Program-made: the position numbers and the translations under genes
DNA from: Eukaryota sp. GEM-RC1
Lineage: Eukaryota
Direction of reading: 5' to 3'
DNA: 64,000 bases
Assembly (NCBI GenBank): GCA_040285855.1
Contig: JAUFOQ010000004.1
Location: forward strand, 1,674,001 to 1,738,000
In this document: in pieces, positions 25,868 to 39,600 of the stretch
How positions within the stretch are numbered: position 1 is the stretch's first letter
How the letters are laid out: the number at the start of each line of letters is the position of its first letter
Notes under the pieces: model-generated
The model's input: the letters and a program-made list of their open reading frames with translations, nothing else
Told to the model about the DNA's origin: nothing
Databases searched by the model: none

Positions 25868-26700
25868 CAGGAGTGTGTATCGATAAAAGCTTATTGTTCG
25901 ATAACGATATATCTACTTATCGATATCTTATCGAGCCAACATTTCTGAACGATATGTTTATCGACTGTCTCCAACACTATTCCGATACAGTATATTGCGA
26001 TAAATAAAGATAATTTTTTGGAGACAAAATAGACCCTTTTTCTGGTTTCATTGAGTGATTTCACAGAAATACGTCACTTTCACTGGTCACCTATCGGTAT
26101 GAGTCTCACTGAGACTAATTTCTAGTGAGAGTAATTACTAATTATTTCGCACTTGTACCTTCATGACATCACTTTTTGAAAAACCGTCTCTCAAATTTAA
26201 GTTACCAATCTCTTTAACAAATCAAGTCTGCCCTTGATACATCTGTGTTTCGTCACGATTTCTTGAAGATCAATGGCCAATTTTTATTCATGGTGTATTC
26301 AAAAATGTAGTAAGGACTGATAAATGATGTTGGAGAAATTGTTTGCTGCTGCACAATTCCATCATGACCCATGAGTTGTCCAAAAAAAGACCTTGAGGCT
26401 ATACGTTATGCCAAGGTTGCCAACTTCTATTTTAGGCTAGCTTATTCTGCCCCAACCCCACCAAAAGCTGAGCACAGAGATACGCATGGTGCTTGGAACT
26501 GCGTTAAGCATAATAAACGTAGTTTGATTAATAAAGATGTCTTTCATTTTGTTATTGTATGTCATTCAATTATCGAAGATATATTTATCGATTCATGGTG
26601 CAATAGTCGATAAATAAATAAGATAAATTTCCTGACAATATATTTATCGAAGTTGCCTAACAAATAGATAAATAAAAGATATCGATAATACACACTCCTG
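25868..26700. mobile_element. hAT-type non-autonomous element (833 bp)
   Basis: 13-bp TIR CAGGAGTGTGTAT; perfect 8-bp TSD CAATAGAT (25860-25867, 26701-26708); ATCGA(T) subterminal repeats. Confidence 0.9.
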
Positions 26701-26992
26701 CAATAGATATTGCTTAGTTGTAAAGTCATTACAACAATTGCCCATCATAACTAAGGCTTCAAATTCTGGAAACCTTCCAAGTTTGAAGTCTCAGATCAAA
26801 GTAGAGTCATGCTAATTAATCTTAGGGCAATTAGTATAGACTAGATACAGCCGTTCTTAGAATATCAGCTACAAACACACCTTTCCGACATAGAAAGACA
26901 TCTAGGACAAGAGTCTTGTCAAGACACGATCAATGTCCAATTTTGGCCTCCATCAATTTTGACACTTCTTCCTCCAGTTTTCATCACCAAAC

Positions 26993-28296
26993 ATGGATGC
27001 CATTAATGAGACCCTACTTGATCGTACACCGACGCAGGGTGCTTCTCTGTCCTCGACCGTCATAAATCTAAGGTATATACGCTCTCCTGTTTTCTAACTT
27101 TAGTAATTGCATCATTGGAGCTGGTGTCCTTACCTTGGCTCAAGGACTTCGCAATGCTGGCCTAGCACTGGGTGTCACTTTAATGTTTCTCGTCTGCTCA
27201 TTTTCTCTCATCTCTTTTGCAATGCTTTCAACCTGCTGTGACCGAACTGGCCGATTTTCCTATAAAGGTGTTGCCAAGAAGATTTTCGGTAACAAGTTTG
27301 GAGTTGTAGTTGAAGTCTTAGTTCTGCTTTACACTGCCTCGTTATCAATTTCTTACGTTGTTCTACTCGGAGATTTCCTACCCAACATCAGTCACTACGT
27401 TTTCCCTGATACTTGGCATCCCTACTTCTTTGACCGCACTTACCTCATCATTGGATTGTCAATCTTGATTCTCCTACCGTTATCATGTCTTCCAAAGCTC
27501 GATGCTCTTCGTTTTACCTCTGCTGCTGCCATCGCCTGTGTTGTTTACCTGACTTTTGTCGTCGTCTATCGCTTCTTTACTGACTCTTTTCCTATACCAG
27601 TACCAGATACTCGTGGACCTATTGTATACTTCAACTGGTCTCACACAATGTTCCTCGCCATCCCACTAATGGCTGTATCCTTCACTGCTCATTAGTTTGT
27701 CCAATTGCCATATTCCTCACCACAGCAACGTCCCTGATTTATATAAAGAACTAGACAAACGATCTCCAGGCAAGTTCTCCAAAGCGGCACTCATCACGTG
27801 TACATTCTGCTTCTTCCTCTATGTAATGGTATCTGTGTCTGGATATTTGTCCTTCAGAGGAAACACTTCTGGTGATATTCTAAACAATTATGATCATAAT
27901 GACGTGCTTGCAATCATTGCTAGAGTTGGATTGACCCTAACCCTATCGTTTTCCTTTCCTCTCGTCTGTTTCTCTATTCGGTCTTCCATTGAAGCCATTA
28001 CTTTAGATGAACCTGAGCCTAATTGGATACGTCAAGTGATTCTTGCCACTGTCATCACAGTCGTCTCAGTAACTATAGCTATACTTGAAGAACGAATTGA
28101 AGTTGTGTTGAGTCTAGGTGGATCCAGTGTTGGGCTTATGATTGGATTTACTTTTCCCGCTCTTTTTTATGTTAAGGTTGGAATCCTACCTGGAGAAAAG
28201 TTTGCTGGATTAAAGAAGTTTGCTGGAGTTTTCATTTGTGTTATGGGTGTTGTTCTAACTGGCTTTTGTACTTGGGTGTCTGCTCGTCAGCTTTAG
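26993..28296 (+). CDS. Amino-acid transporter (AAAP / SLC38-like)
   Basis: 31-nt introns 27073-27103 and 27695-27725 restore NLSNCIIGAGVLTL and SFTAHYNVPDLY. Many TM helices; LSFRGNTSGDILNNY. Confidence 0.9.
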
Positions 28297-30039
28297 GTTA
28301 TTTGTTTATTGTATTGTATTAGTTTATCGTGTAAATCTAGTTGTATATTGTGTTTGATATGGTTGTATGCTTAAGACATCTAGAAACAATACAAGCCTAA
28401 CAGTATTATGTTAGCTCAAACAACTCGAGTTTTCACATTGGAATGACTATTGTAAGATAAATCAATCAGTTTTAGATACTGACGAAACACAAATTAATGC
28501 CGAATTTTTGAACATTTTTCAAATAGCCGTTCCAACTGCTACTGTACTTCAACTCAATTTTGAAGATGTGTATGATCTAAACTAATTCTTCTACCTTCGT
28601 TCTTGGTTAGATTTCCACTCATTGTTCCAGATTTGCTTTCATTTTTGCAAAACAAATCTGTAAAAGCGAAAAAAAAATCTGCATCAGAAACCTAATGCCA
28701 TCCAGGGACTGTCAAAAATATACTACATGCCCAAAATCTGTTGCAATACAGTGTAACAACACTGTAATACATCGCAGTTTATTGTAACCAACATAACTAT
28801 TGTCCAGTTGAGTATTTACGGTACATGCACCCATTTAACTGATATCCCACATGATAATCATTCACTATGGATTATTTAATTTAACTAGTTTCTAATTAAA
28901 AATCATGATAAACAAATTAATGTCCCAAACTTGTCGGTTTACAGAAAGAACGGTTTGTATTGTCAAGTCTAGATCACATAACTGATTTGAAACATTCGTG
29001 ATAATTGCAATTAAATGCAATTTTGCGGACCAATTACTAGTTGCAATTAATTAATTGGTAATAATGTACTTAGCAATTCAATTTTTCTAAGTCTTCCACT
29101 GAAGTTGTATCTTGACAATTCGTAAACATTCGAGAGTTACCGAAAAGACGTTCCAAATTTGATGATGCTGCGATGAAGTTCAAATCGGGATAACACATCT
29201 CTCATATATGTAGAACGTCTCAATAAGTTGAAAGTTGGCAACTTGAAACTGGTTCCAGCTTGAACAGAAACTACTTCAAACTCTTGATGTTCCAAACTCA
29301 AATTGTTTATAATCACGTCCATCACCCTGGAAAGCAAAAAGCAATTTATCTTGGTAATCAGTTTGCAAGTGGCAACATAAGATTGTCATATGAAGAAGTT
29401 GCGAATGATAGCAGACATTTTTTATGAGAAATGATGGTCTATAAGGTACTACACACCAACAGGTTTTAAGTATTGTTACGCTTTTTCAAACTATTTTTAC
29501 GACAAAAACAGAAAAACATATTTCCATAGATGGAAAACGCGGAATGATTTTCAGTTCCGACATTCTACACTTCCACTTCTTTAGTAACACCATTCTTCAA
29601 AATCCGTGAAACACTGATGACTAGCAAGACACATAGATCCATAAGAAACGCATATTATTTGCTGTTAGTCATTCCTTGAACTGATAGACTTCGCTGAGCA
29701 TCAATACCCAAGCAAAGCATTTCTAAAATTTGAAGATGACGATCAGACATTCTACTTCAATTGTATCTTGGAGTAGGCTTGTAAAAATCGTGGTCCAAAA
29801 ACAGAAAACGACGTAGTTTATCGTTTTGTCCGACTGTGTTTTTTAATAAAAACGTTCAAAAAATACAATTCTACTTTCCACTATATTCTCACTTCATTTT
29901 CGACAATCATATAATTCAAAGTTCGATTACAGTCTCAAAGAAGTTAGATACAGTAATCGGATTACTGTATCTAACTTCTTTTGAGATTAAAAAAGACAAT
30001 TATAGCCAAACTAATACGATTTTGAGAGTCTAAGTATTT

Positions 30040-30255
30040 ATAACACAATTAAAAGCGGTCAATATCAAGAACAAAGTTTTTTACGTCGTTATTTGAGAAA
30101 AGATCTGTCATTACACCAGAACAATTATTGCCATCAATGATACCAGTACAATATCGGAAAGGGCTGAATAAATTGTCAGGATTACGTTTAATTCGATCAA
30201 AACAAACAGAAGCAAAAAGACGAAGAATTACCTCACCGACAGCAATAGGTCCAAC
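30040..30255 (-). pseudogene. Degenerate non-LTR reverse transcriptase fragment (CRE-like)
   Basis: Reads PIAVGEVILRLFASVC...FSPF...G..DG, then VLDID..AFN. Confidence 0.65.
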
Positions 30256-30612
30256 ATTTCAACAAATTTTGTCCAAGGCATCCAAATAACTAGATTTTTA
30301 GAGCAAAGGGACATTTGTCGGGACAATGTTTTGAATGTATCTGTTTCTCAGATACAGAACCAAATATCGTCTAATAGTGTTTCCAACAATTACTACATTT
30401 AGTACTCTCGTCTTGCTTGATTAGAATCAACAGATTTAATATGTAAAGACCAGCAATTGCTAACACTAGGCACATTATTCAGGTCTTACCTATAAAGAGC
30501 CATTGATGGTCAGGAACTTATTCCGTGTAGAACAATCATTTTGTATGAATGCTTCTTGATTTTTTTACATTGTGATTCCCACAATTTAATTGAAAATGAA
30601 CAGTGAAGTTTA

Positions 30613-33600
30613 TTACAACAGTATCTTCGATAACATTGCCACATTAAACACAAATAATACATTAATTATTGCCAATAAGGCGTAAACATAGCGATCAACA
30701 AATGCAGCGTTGATACTCAAAATCAAGATTAAAATTGTTTGAATAATTAAATGGAATGTCAAAGTGAGAAAAGATGATGTGATCATTAGAATATAAAAAA
30801 ACAGGGGAACAAAATGACAAGTGTTTCGTTGGAGTACTAACACGAGAACAACATATAAAGAGTGAACCGTTGCAGTGACAAAATCATTAAACGATTGAGG
30901 TGAAACAAGAAAGTGTTGATGAAGAGTTCCAAAGATGAAATTAATTGAAACTAGAGCAGAAGTTGTCAAGAACGCACTGTGATAGAATTTAAAATGTTTC
31001 AATTTCCTGAATAAAACATGAGCTGAAATAAAGGAAAACATCATTAAAGTAAAAACGGACAAAAAATAGGTAGATAAGTCAAATCGCAAAGCTGAAAGAA
31101 TAAATTCAAAGAATACCAAAACAGTATTGGAGGATTTTGTAGTGACGATGGAAACCGTGAATAAAGTCGTGAATACATAATTGATGAAACGTGAAATTGA
31201 TCTAAATTCATGATATCGGAAATTCTTTGATGCAGACAATACAAGAACATTGTGATGTCTTTGTTTTAGATTTAGACATTTAGACATCGACTGATCAGAT
31301 GCAACTATAACCACTATTAAGATCATCAGTAACATTAATTTGATCAGTAAATGTTCTTTTCCTAAACAGAAAATCCTGGTAGAAATAGCATCTTCAGTAC
31401 AATATTGACACAAATCTCCATATGCATGACGTGATCTGCAAGAATTTGCGTGACAATTGAACCAAATATCACACTCATCTAGGTCCCAAGTATCAGTATT
31501 TAATCTAAAACCAGGTTCAATTCCAGTCAAATTTCCATATCCACATTCAGCTAAATGAGGACAAGGTAAACAAGAATCTATAGAATCTAGAGTATTTAAA
31601 GGACAAATACAATGGTCAAGATCACTAGAACCTTTTGAAGAGTAATTCTGGGAATCGGACACGACCTGCATTCTGAATTAAACTCTGAATTTGAGTAATA
31701 ATTTAAAGCACATTCCACACATTCACCAAGTGAATTAAATTCCATTCCTCTTGGGCATAGACAGCCATGTCCAGAATTCAATTTAGGAAAGGGGCAATCG
31801 TTTGCACGGATTTTAAGAGTTACTGATTGAGACAAAAGGAAATTGATATAGACATTGATTGAAGTGGAAAACTATTAATTTCAACAGAATCAGCAAAGAC
31901 AACCAAGACTATGTGATCATCTATTGAAGTAAACTCAAGTGCAGAAAGTGGAATTTTCGATGAAGTATTTGATAAGTGATGTTGAGTTATTAAAGTCACA
32001 TAGGGTTTCAAAACAGTACATGACTTTTCAAACAACATTTGGTGGGAACATTCCAGTACATCATACGTGTCGACTTTTAAAATTTCTGCAAACTTTTGAA
32101 TAAATGTAAGGTTTGCTTCGAACATTTGTCCGGAAAATTCATATTCAAATCGACTATAATCAAAAATAAAGCACTGGTGACTCAAAAATTGTAACTCATT
32201 TGTAAATAATTGAAAACGTGTGAAATTAAAAGTAGAAGACATGATTGTCAAATTCCCGAAACATTTTACAATGAATCCAATTGGATCGACACAAATGATG
32301 GGAATTGAAATATTCAGAGAACAAGAATCAATTTCAAGATAATTCTGAACAACTATCAATTGCACGGCTTCACCTGGAGTAAAAGTAATTGTGACTGGAA
32401 CTGTAGCCTGGAAACAATTCAGTGAAGCAAGATGTAGGAAGTAAGTGATGTGAGGTGTGTTGATAAGTTGATTCGATTGAGAAATTGAATTTTTAAATTG
32501 TTCAATGTTAGTGTATGTTTCATTTCCCATCCTTAAATGAATAGTTTCTTCAATTTCTTCTCCCAATGATGTAATTCCTTTGTTAATATCAACAGGAGTT
32601 ATACAAGTATATGATTGATAACCGTAAAACTCCAACTCTAAAAGAAACACGTCATTTCGAGGAATTAAAATAATTTCTTCAACTTTTGGAATAACGTTAT
32701 CTATTTCACACATCAAAGCAAAGGAAAAACCACTGGGAATTTGTTTACAAGAAAAAGGAGAAGTATGACTCTGACCGTTAGAAAGCAGAACAAAAGGAAG
32801 ATCAAAATCAAAATCTCCACAACTGGAGTTGGTCGTGATTACAATATAGAAAATGTCAAAAGAAGAATTGAAAGTAACTGAAATAGATTGACTAGATTTC
32901 AAAAATTCAGAGCAGAATGAAACATCAACACTGCAGCAGCGTAATCCATCAAATATTAGAGTATTTGAAATATTTGAAGCATAATGCGAGTTTTCGATTT
33001 TTGGATGATTTGAAGTAGGCAGGAAACAAATTTCTTCTAAAAAGCCTTCACCATAGACTGAAAAAGAGTTGATGAGCAGACCATCAAAGAAGACTTTGAC
33101 TGGAACAACTACATGAAATGTGGAGATAATTAAATTTTTACAAATCAGTTTAGAATTGGAAACCGATCCTACAAAAATATGATCATCAACAACACACATA
33201 AATTGAGAGTGAAGAAGTCCGACGAAGTCAACAAGAATGTCACGATGTTCATAAACACTCACGTGATCCGAGCTTGTAAATTCAGTATTGAATACTTTAA
33301 TATCACCAATAATTTGGTTTTCAAAACCAATGTGATTCCAAGACCATTGTAAATCACTCTCACCTAATGAAAAACTAAACCAAGAAATATTAAATGAATA
33401 TGTAGATGAATACGGAAATATTAAAAATTCACTAAAAGTTGAAGACATTTGGTCGTAATAAACAATGGAAGTATTGACATGAAATTCAGAATGTAAAGGG
33501 CACTGTGAAAGAATTGAAATACTAACAATCACGTCATCAATGGTTGAAAAGATCACAGAAGACGAGAATGAAATTGAAGGAGGAAGAACAACTTGACGAA

Positions 33601-36600
33601 CTAATTCAAATGAAAAAGCAGTTTCTAAATATTGAACTAAAAATAGAAAAGAAGATTCGCCTTGATTTAAACTGAAGAATGTGAAACTTAAGGACCCTTG
33701 ATCTGAGTTATGGTCTAATATTTCACAATTTGTTACACATTCTACGTCAATTGAATAATCAATTTGATAGAAATCGACAGTAAAGGACTGATAAAGATCA
33801 ATCTCATAATAGAAGGGTAACTGATCTGCAACCAAATCAGTAATCAAACTGACATTCATTGACTGAGTTGATTGATGTAACGTGATGAATGGATCATCAT
33901 TGAATAATTCAAAAACATTGGATCCTGTTCTCAGCAGCATTTTTTGGGTTCCATGAGAAATAAACATGAACGAAATTTGTTCCAAAAGAATAAATTCTAC
34001 TCGAGAGTTGATTTGTACAAATGGTGGTATAAGTAAATAATTGTTCACTTCAAACACTAAATTCAAATTGAAAGTTGAACCAAAACTATCTATTCCTAGA
34101 CTAGCAAATGATCCATCAGAAACTACTAAAACTTCAAAGATAACAATATTATCTTGAACTTCAATCAATTGAGACATTAATTCTCCAAATATAAAACTAC
34201 TCTCAATAGATGAGCACTCATAGAAATGAATTCCTTCAACTTCTAGCGAAATTTCATGAACAAAACTAGACTCAAACCATTGAATTAATCGAGGAGAAAT
34301 GGAATTGGGTAAGACAATATAAGGTAAGTTAAAAATAGGATAACAACCGGCTTCACTACATAATTCTAAATCATCAACAACTCCAGGCACTGTAGAAATA
34401 AACTCAATGTGAGCAACATAAGAAAATGCTTGGAAATTGAAAACTTGAATAGAATTTGGAAGACTTGTCGTGATTTGAAAGTCATCCATTGAAACCTCCC
34501 CATTTAGACTATAAACATATATTTCACAGTGATGATTAACGAAGCAAACCAGGGAAGTATTGTAAGCTTCTAAAGATGTAATTGGAACATATAAAACAAG
34601 AGAGATACCAGGAATAAATTTGATTTCAGTAATAAATTGACTGAGACCAGCTATTTCTCCAGTAGAAATGGTAAGTTCGTCAATCGTTACTTGCTCTAAT
34701 TGAGATGCATAACCAGACATTTGGATAGTGGAATTGTCAAAACACTCAAACATTTTGCCAAAATTTGTTCCAAATAATCTCAAAAGATTTCCAGCGGGAG
34801 AAAGTATAAATGGAAAGTAGTCATGTCTTGGAGCTGTTAAATGAAGTTGAACAACATTACTGGTTTGATTTCCAATTATTACATAAACATTGAAAATGTT
34901 ACTCTCAACTGAACAAACGTAAGGAATATAATGAACAATCTCTTCATGAGAATGATTTGCCACACGTGTTGAAGCAATTTCAGAAACTAAAGACGAATAG
35001 TCAAAACTTGTTGAAAGATCATGACCAATGATTGAAAGCTCTCCGTTCAAAAAGAATAGATAAGGAGAAACAAAAGAAATGACAGGCTTTTTGAAACAGT
35101 AAGTAAATGAAATTATTGAAGAATCTGTGGATCTAGATATCATCATTTCATGACAACCATGACCTTCAAAGAAGAACATATTTAAATTTTCATGATTATT
35201 TGAATAATAATCAAGACCTTCATTAACCCAAGCAGTTGAATGATGTATAACTATAGGATCTAACCCAAGATTAAAAGCAACAAGTGGTACAAATCCACCT
35301 CTAGTTGGAGGTTCTAGACTTAAAAACTCAATAGGACAAATATGAATGAACAATTGGTAGGAAAACAACATTTGGGAAATCGATAAATTAAAGTAAATCG
35401 AATTGCTTAAAACATTGAAAGAAACAATATCACTTGAGAAGAAATCGAGAGAATTCAATTGGAAGTCATAATAAAGGTCATTTTGAATATTGATTGATAA
35501 ATCTAACAATTCTTCAAGATAATGAACGTCATCAAATATAAGTGAAACATTACAAAAGAAGTGTTACAGCAATGTTGTGTAGGAGAAATTGAAATATTGA
35601 AAAATAGCTCAGAGAGATCCAGAACTGAATCAGTTCCAAGTATTTCAGATGCTTGATCAATTGTAACAAATTTTGAAATAATCGGATATCCAGAGGAGAA
35701 TAATAGTGATGAATTTTGAACAGATAAAGATGACAACAACAGGAATTCCGATGAATTAGTTAAGGTCAGAGAAGAGTTCGTAACATTGAAATCAGATTTA
35801 AAAACTGATTGAGAAGTGCATCCAGAGAATTTGAAATTATCTAAAAGAGTTTGAGAATCAATTATGGTAACATATGGCTCACCGTCTGGTTCTAAAGACC
35901 CTGACTTACAGTTCAAAACGGAAGTATCTTGTATTTTAACAACAGAATGGTCAATAATATTGAATATCACAAGAGAATCAAAGTTAGTGACTGAAAGGTT
36001 TGAAACAGACAATGAAGAGTTCAATACTTCAATCAGTTTTAATGACTTAATATCATGAATAGACCAGGAGTATAGATAGCAACTGGAATCCAAAAGGTTA
36101 CACAATTATGGAGTATCGTCAAATTGTCAAATATTAAATCATCCGACTGGAGAATTGTATTGATGCAGTGAATAGCAGAATTTAGAACTGAGTCCGTAAA
36201 AGTGTTTGCTTCAAGAGATAATGTAGAATTAGACGAATGTAGCAAATATTGACACACGACCTCATTAACTTTAACATTGATTGCAATAAAAGTTGAGGAA
36301 TAAAGATCAATCAGATCAAAATTTTCATCATTAAATTTGTTGTTAGGACCTGGTCCATGATATTTAGGTAGTCCAGAAACAGTAACATCTTGAAGAAGCA
36401 CTTTAGAATTCAATCCATAGATAAAACTACCTGCCACATTGTGAAATCCAGACTCCAGAAGGGTGAAATTTGAATATTTCAAGGAAATAGAAAAATCAGA
36501 CAACATAGAATCAATTTCAATTTGTTGACACGAAATATCGCTATCTGAAGAGATTATTATTGGAACATTGATAACATCAGCATAAATGTTTGATAGCAAA

Positions 36601-39600
36601 CCCATAGACTTGTAAAAGAAGAAAAAAAGGTGACAAAGTTGAATTAACAAAAGAAATGTTCAACAATTTTACTTGATTCAATTCAATGTTAGTTTCATAA
36701 GAGTCAACAAAAATAGTTAGAGAACTATCGACAATACATAAATCGTTGAAATTCACTGAGGATTTGTTTAAAGCAGTAAAAGCATTCTTAATGTTAGTAG
36801 AATCAATAGAGAACTGACACAATAAACCGTTAGAGTTTTGAGAAAAGATAACAGAATCAATTTGTGATGTTAATAACAAAACAATGTTACAGTAAATATC
36901 AGACTTATTTAATTTGATGAAAAATATTGAATCAAAATTTGAAGTAGTCAAGTTTTCAATTTGTAGTTTAGAACCAATTAGATGTATAAAACTTTCATCA
37001 GATTTGACTTGATGTAATTCAGAGTTAGAGATGAAAACAGAAGAACCTGAAAATAGAAATACATTAGAAGTTGTAAGATGATCAAGATACAACTGATCAC
37101 AGAAGATGGTTGATGAAATTGCTAGGAGTACATCATTTGTCAAATGTGAATTTGAAATCACAACATTTGAACAACTAATATTCGAAAAATCAAATGACAC
37201 TAGGAAATCCGCAGTGGAATTTAAGATACTGATATCATTCCATTGAGTAAATGAAGAGTAACTACTTAAAAGAGGAGTAGATAAATGACTCGCATTGAAT
37301 TCGAAGATTGTGAAATTGGAATTAAGAACTTGAATTAGAGGTAAATTACTGTTGAAAGGACCACCTACATTGATATCATGAACATTTACTGTACTGAGCG
37401 ACATATTAAAGAGAGAAGTTGTTAGGGAATTGGTTGATCCAAAGTCAATTGAATAGAGATCAACAATTGATTGACTTACTTGGAACATTTCAACAAATTT
37501 GGTAGTTTGCACAGTCAGATTTTGAATTTGTCCAGAAGTTCTCAGTATTTTCGAGAAAACTCTACTGGCAAGTGTATTCATAATTTCCACGGTCTTTACG
37601 TATAAATTGGCCGCTTCTGTTATCACAATTGATTGAGTGGTCATATTGATTAGTTCTGTATTGATTAAAGTCAAGTTGGCATTTTTGAAATAGAGTAGAA
37701 TATCAGTAAATGAACTTAAGAACAGTGAGTTTTCCATTGTCAATGAACTACAAGCTGAAAAATTGATTGGGTAAAATGAATCAATGGAGGAAAACGTCAA
37801 GAAATTAGTGAAAACTGAGGAGTTATTTGCTGTAAATAAAGAGAAAGCGTTAATGGTATCAAACTCAACACTGTCGAAGCTAGCAGATGAATCAACAATT
37901 GAAATCATATCTAAGTCATCATTACTTACCTTGGAAAAACAGAAAAATTGATAATGAAAGAAGAATATGTAATAGACCCAATTGAAGGAGAATTAATACT
38001 GATAAATGACGTATTTGAAAGCTGAACTTCAGTGGAAATAAATTCGAAAAGAGTACTATTAAGTAACTCAAAAGAAACAAGATCACCATTGAAATCGGAA
38101 TTACTTAAATTAATTAATGGAAAATCATTGACAGTCCTAAGTTCAAAGAAGATAAAATTACTGAATACAACATCTGACTTGTAACCAATCAAAAATGATT
38201 TAAGCAAAGTGATATTAGATACGAAACTAACATCATTCATATTTAGAGTTGAATCATTTGAATCAAAAAGGTTTCCAACACTATGTCTTCAACTTCAATC
38301 AAATTGATTGCGATCATAGAATCGTCAGCATTGATGAGTGATTGAGATGACTCCACTTCAATAATAGAACTATTTGACAAGGAAGCTGAAGAATATGTTA
38401 GAGAGATGAAGTGCTTTAGGTTTAGTTTGTTGAAATAAGAAAGAGTTAGTGAAAATGTTGAATCAGTAAAATTCAAGAGTGAGTCAGCATAAATCATAGA
38501 AAACATTGACTCTTCAATAGTTAGATTAGAAAAATTATCTACAGAGACCAGTACTTGAACCTCAATAGAATGGAAATTACTGTTTGATATTGCTAAGTCA
38601 GAATTAGAATTGACAACCACGGAAGACACATTTAAATTTGTCAATGAAAGATCGGAAATATTTGCTGCTGAATCAGAAAATAAGAATATTGAACACTCAA
38701 TTTTCGACAAATAGAGATCATCAACTGTTAACTCTGAGTGATTGAACTCAAACAAACGACCAGAAGTATCACGTATATTAGTAATGTTCATTGAGCTCAA
38801 TCTAACAGTGCTAAGTTCTGAGTAGAGAAAGGACTTAGTAATTCTCAAAAAATCAGCTTCCAAATCATTAATAGTTACATTACTGTTAAAGATTTCCAAA
38901 AGCTAAAGAAGTATTAATCTTAGTCAAGGAAGTAGTATTAAAACTCATAGATCCATAGTCTAAATGAAAAAGTGAAGCAAAAGAAGAGTTATCAATAAGT
39001 AAGTTGTCTATAGATCCATTACAATGTAGACATGTTAAGAGTACGTCAGCATTGGAATGAGTTAGTATAATTGAAGAAAGAACTAAGCGAGAGTCAGCAA
39101 TGTTGAAGATAGAAGAACCAAAGAAATTTGAAATTTGAACTGTTTGGAATGACACATCTGAAGAATTCAACACGAATAAATTACTATCAATATGTCCAAA
39201 ACTAGAATTCTGCACATATAACGATCCTCCACGAATGTTTAATAAATGTATGACATTGAAATCATTGGGATACTTTAAATTTTCATTAATTTGTTGAAAT
39301 TCTACTGACAAAAGGTGGTATTTGTAGCTTCCATAAACATAATTCCAGAGGTCAAAACAGAGTTGGAAATTTTAAATGAATTGATAGCCAAACTAACATC
39401 AATAACTTCAACCACACAGAAAGCAAACATATTTGAAATAATACTGTCATTAAGATGAACAACTGAAGACGAGCCATTAAGCATGGATACACTTCTTGAA
39501 GTATTAGAATGCAAATTTCTGACACACACGTTGGAACTTTCTACTTTAAAAGTAGTTGAACTGTTTAATCCAATAGAATTTAAAGAATCAACAATCATGA

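Noticed and set aside
28740..28790. Small palindrome TACAGTGT/ACACTGTA with flanking inverted arms
   Set aside because: Too short, single copy in the window, and no TSD identified.
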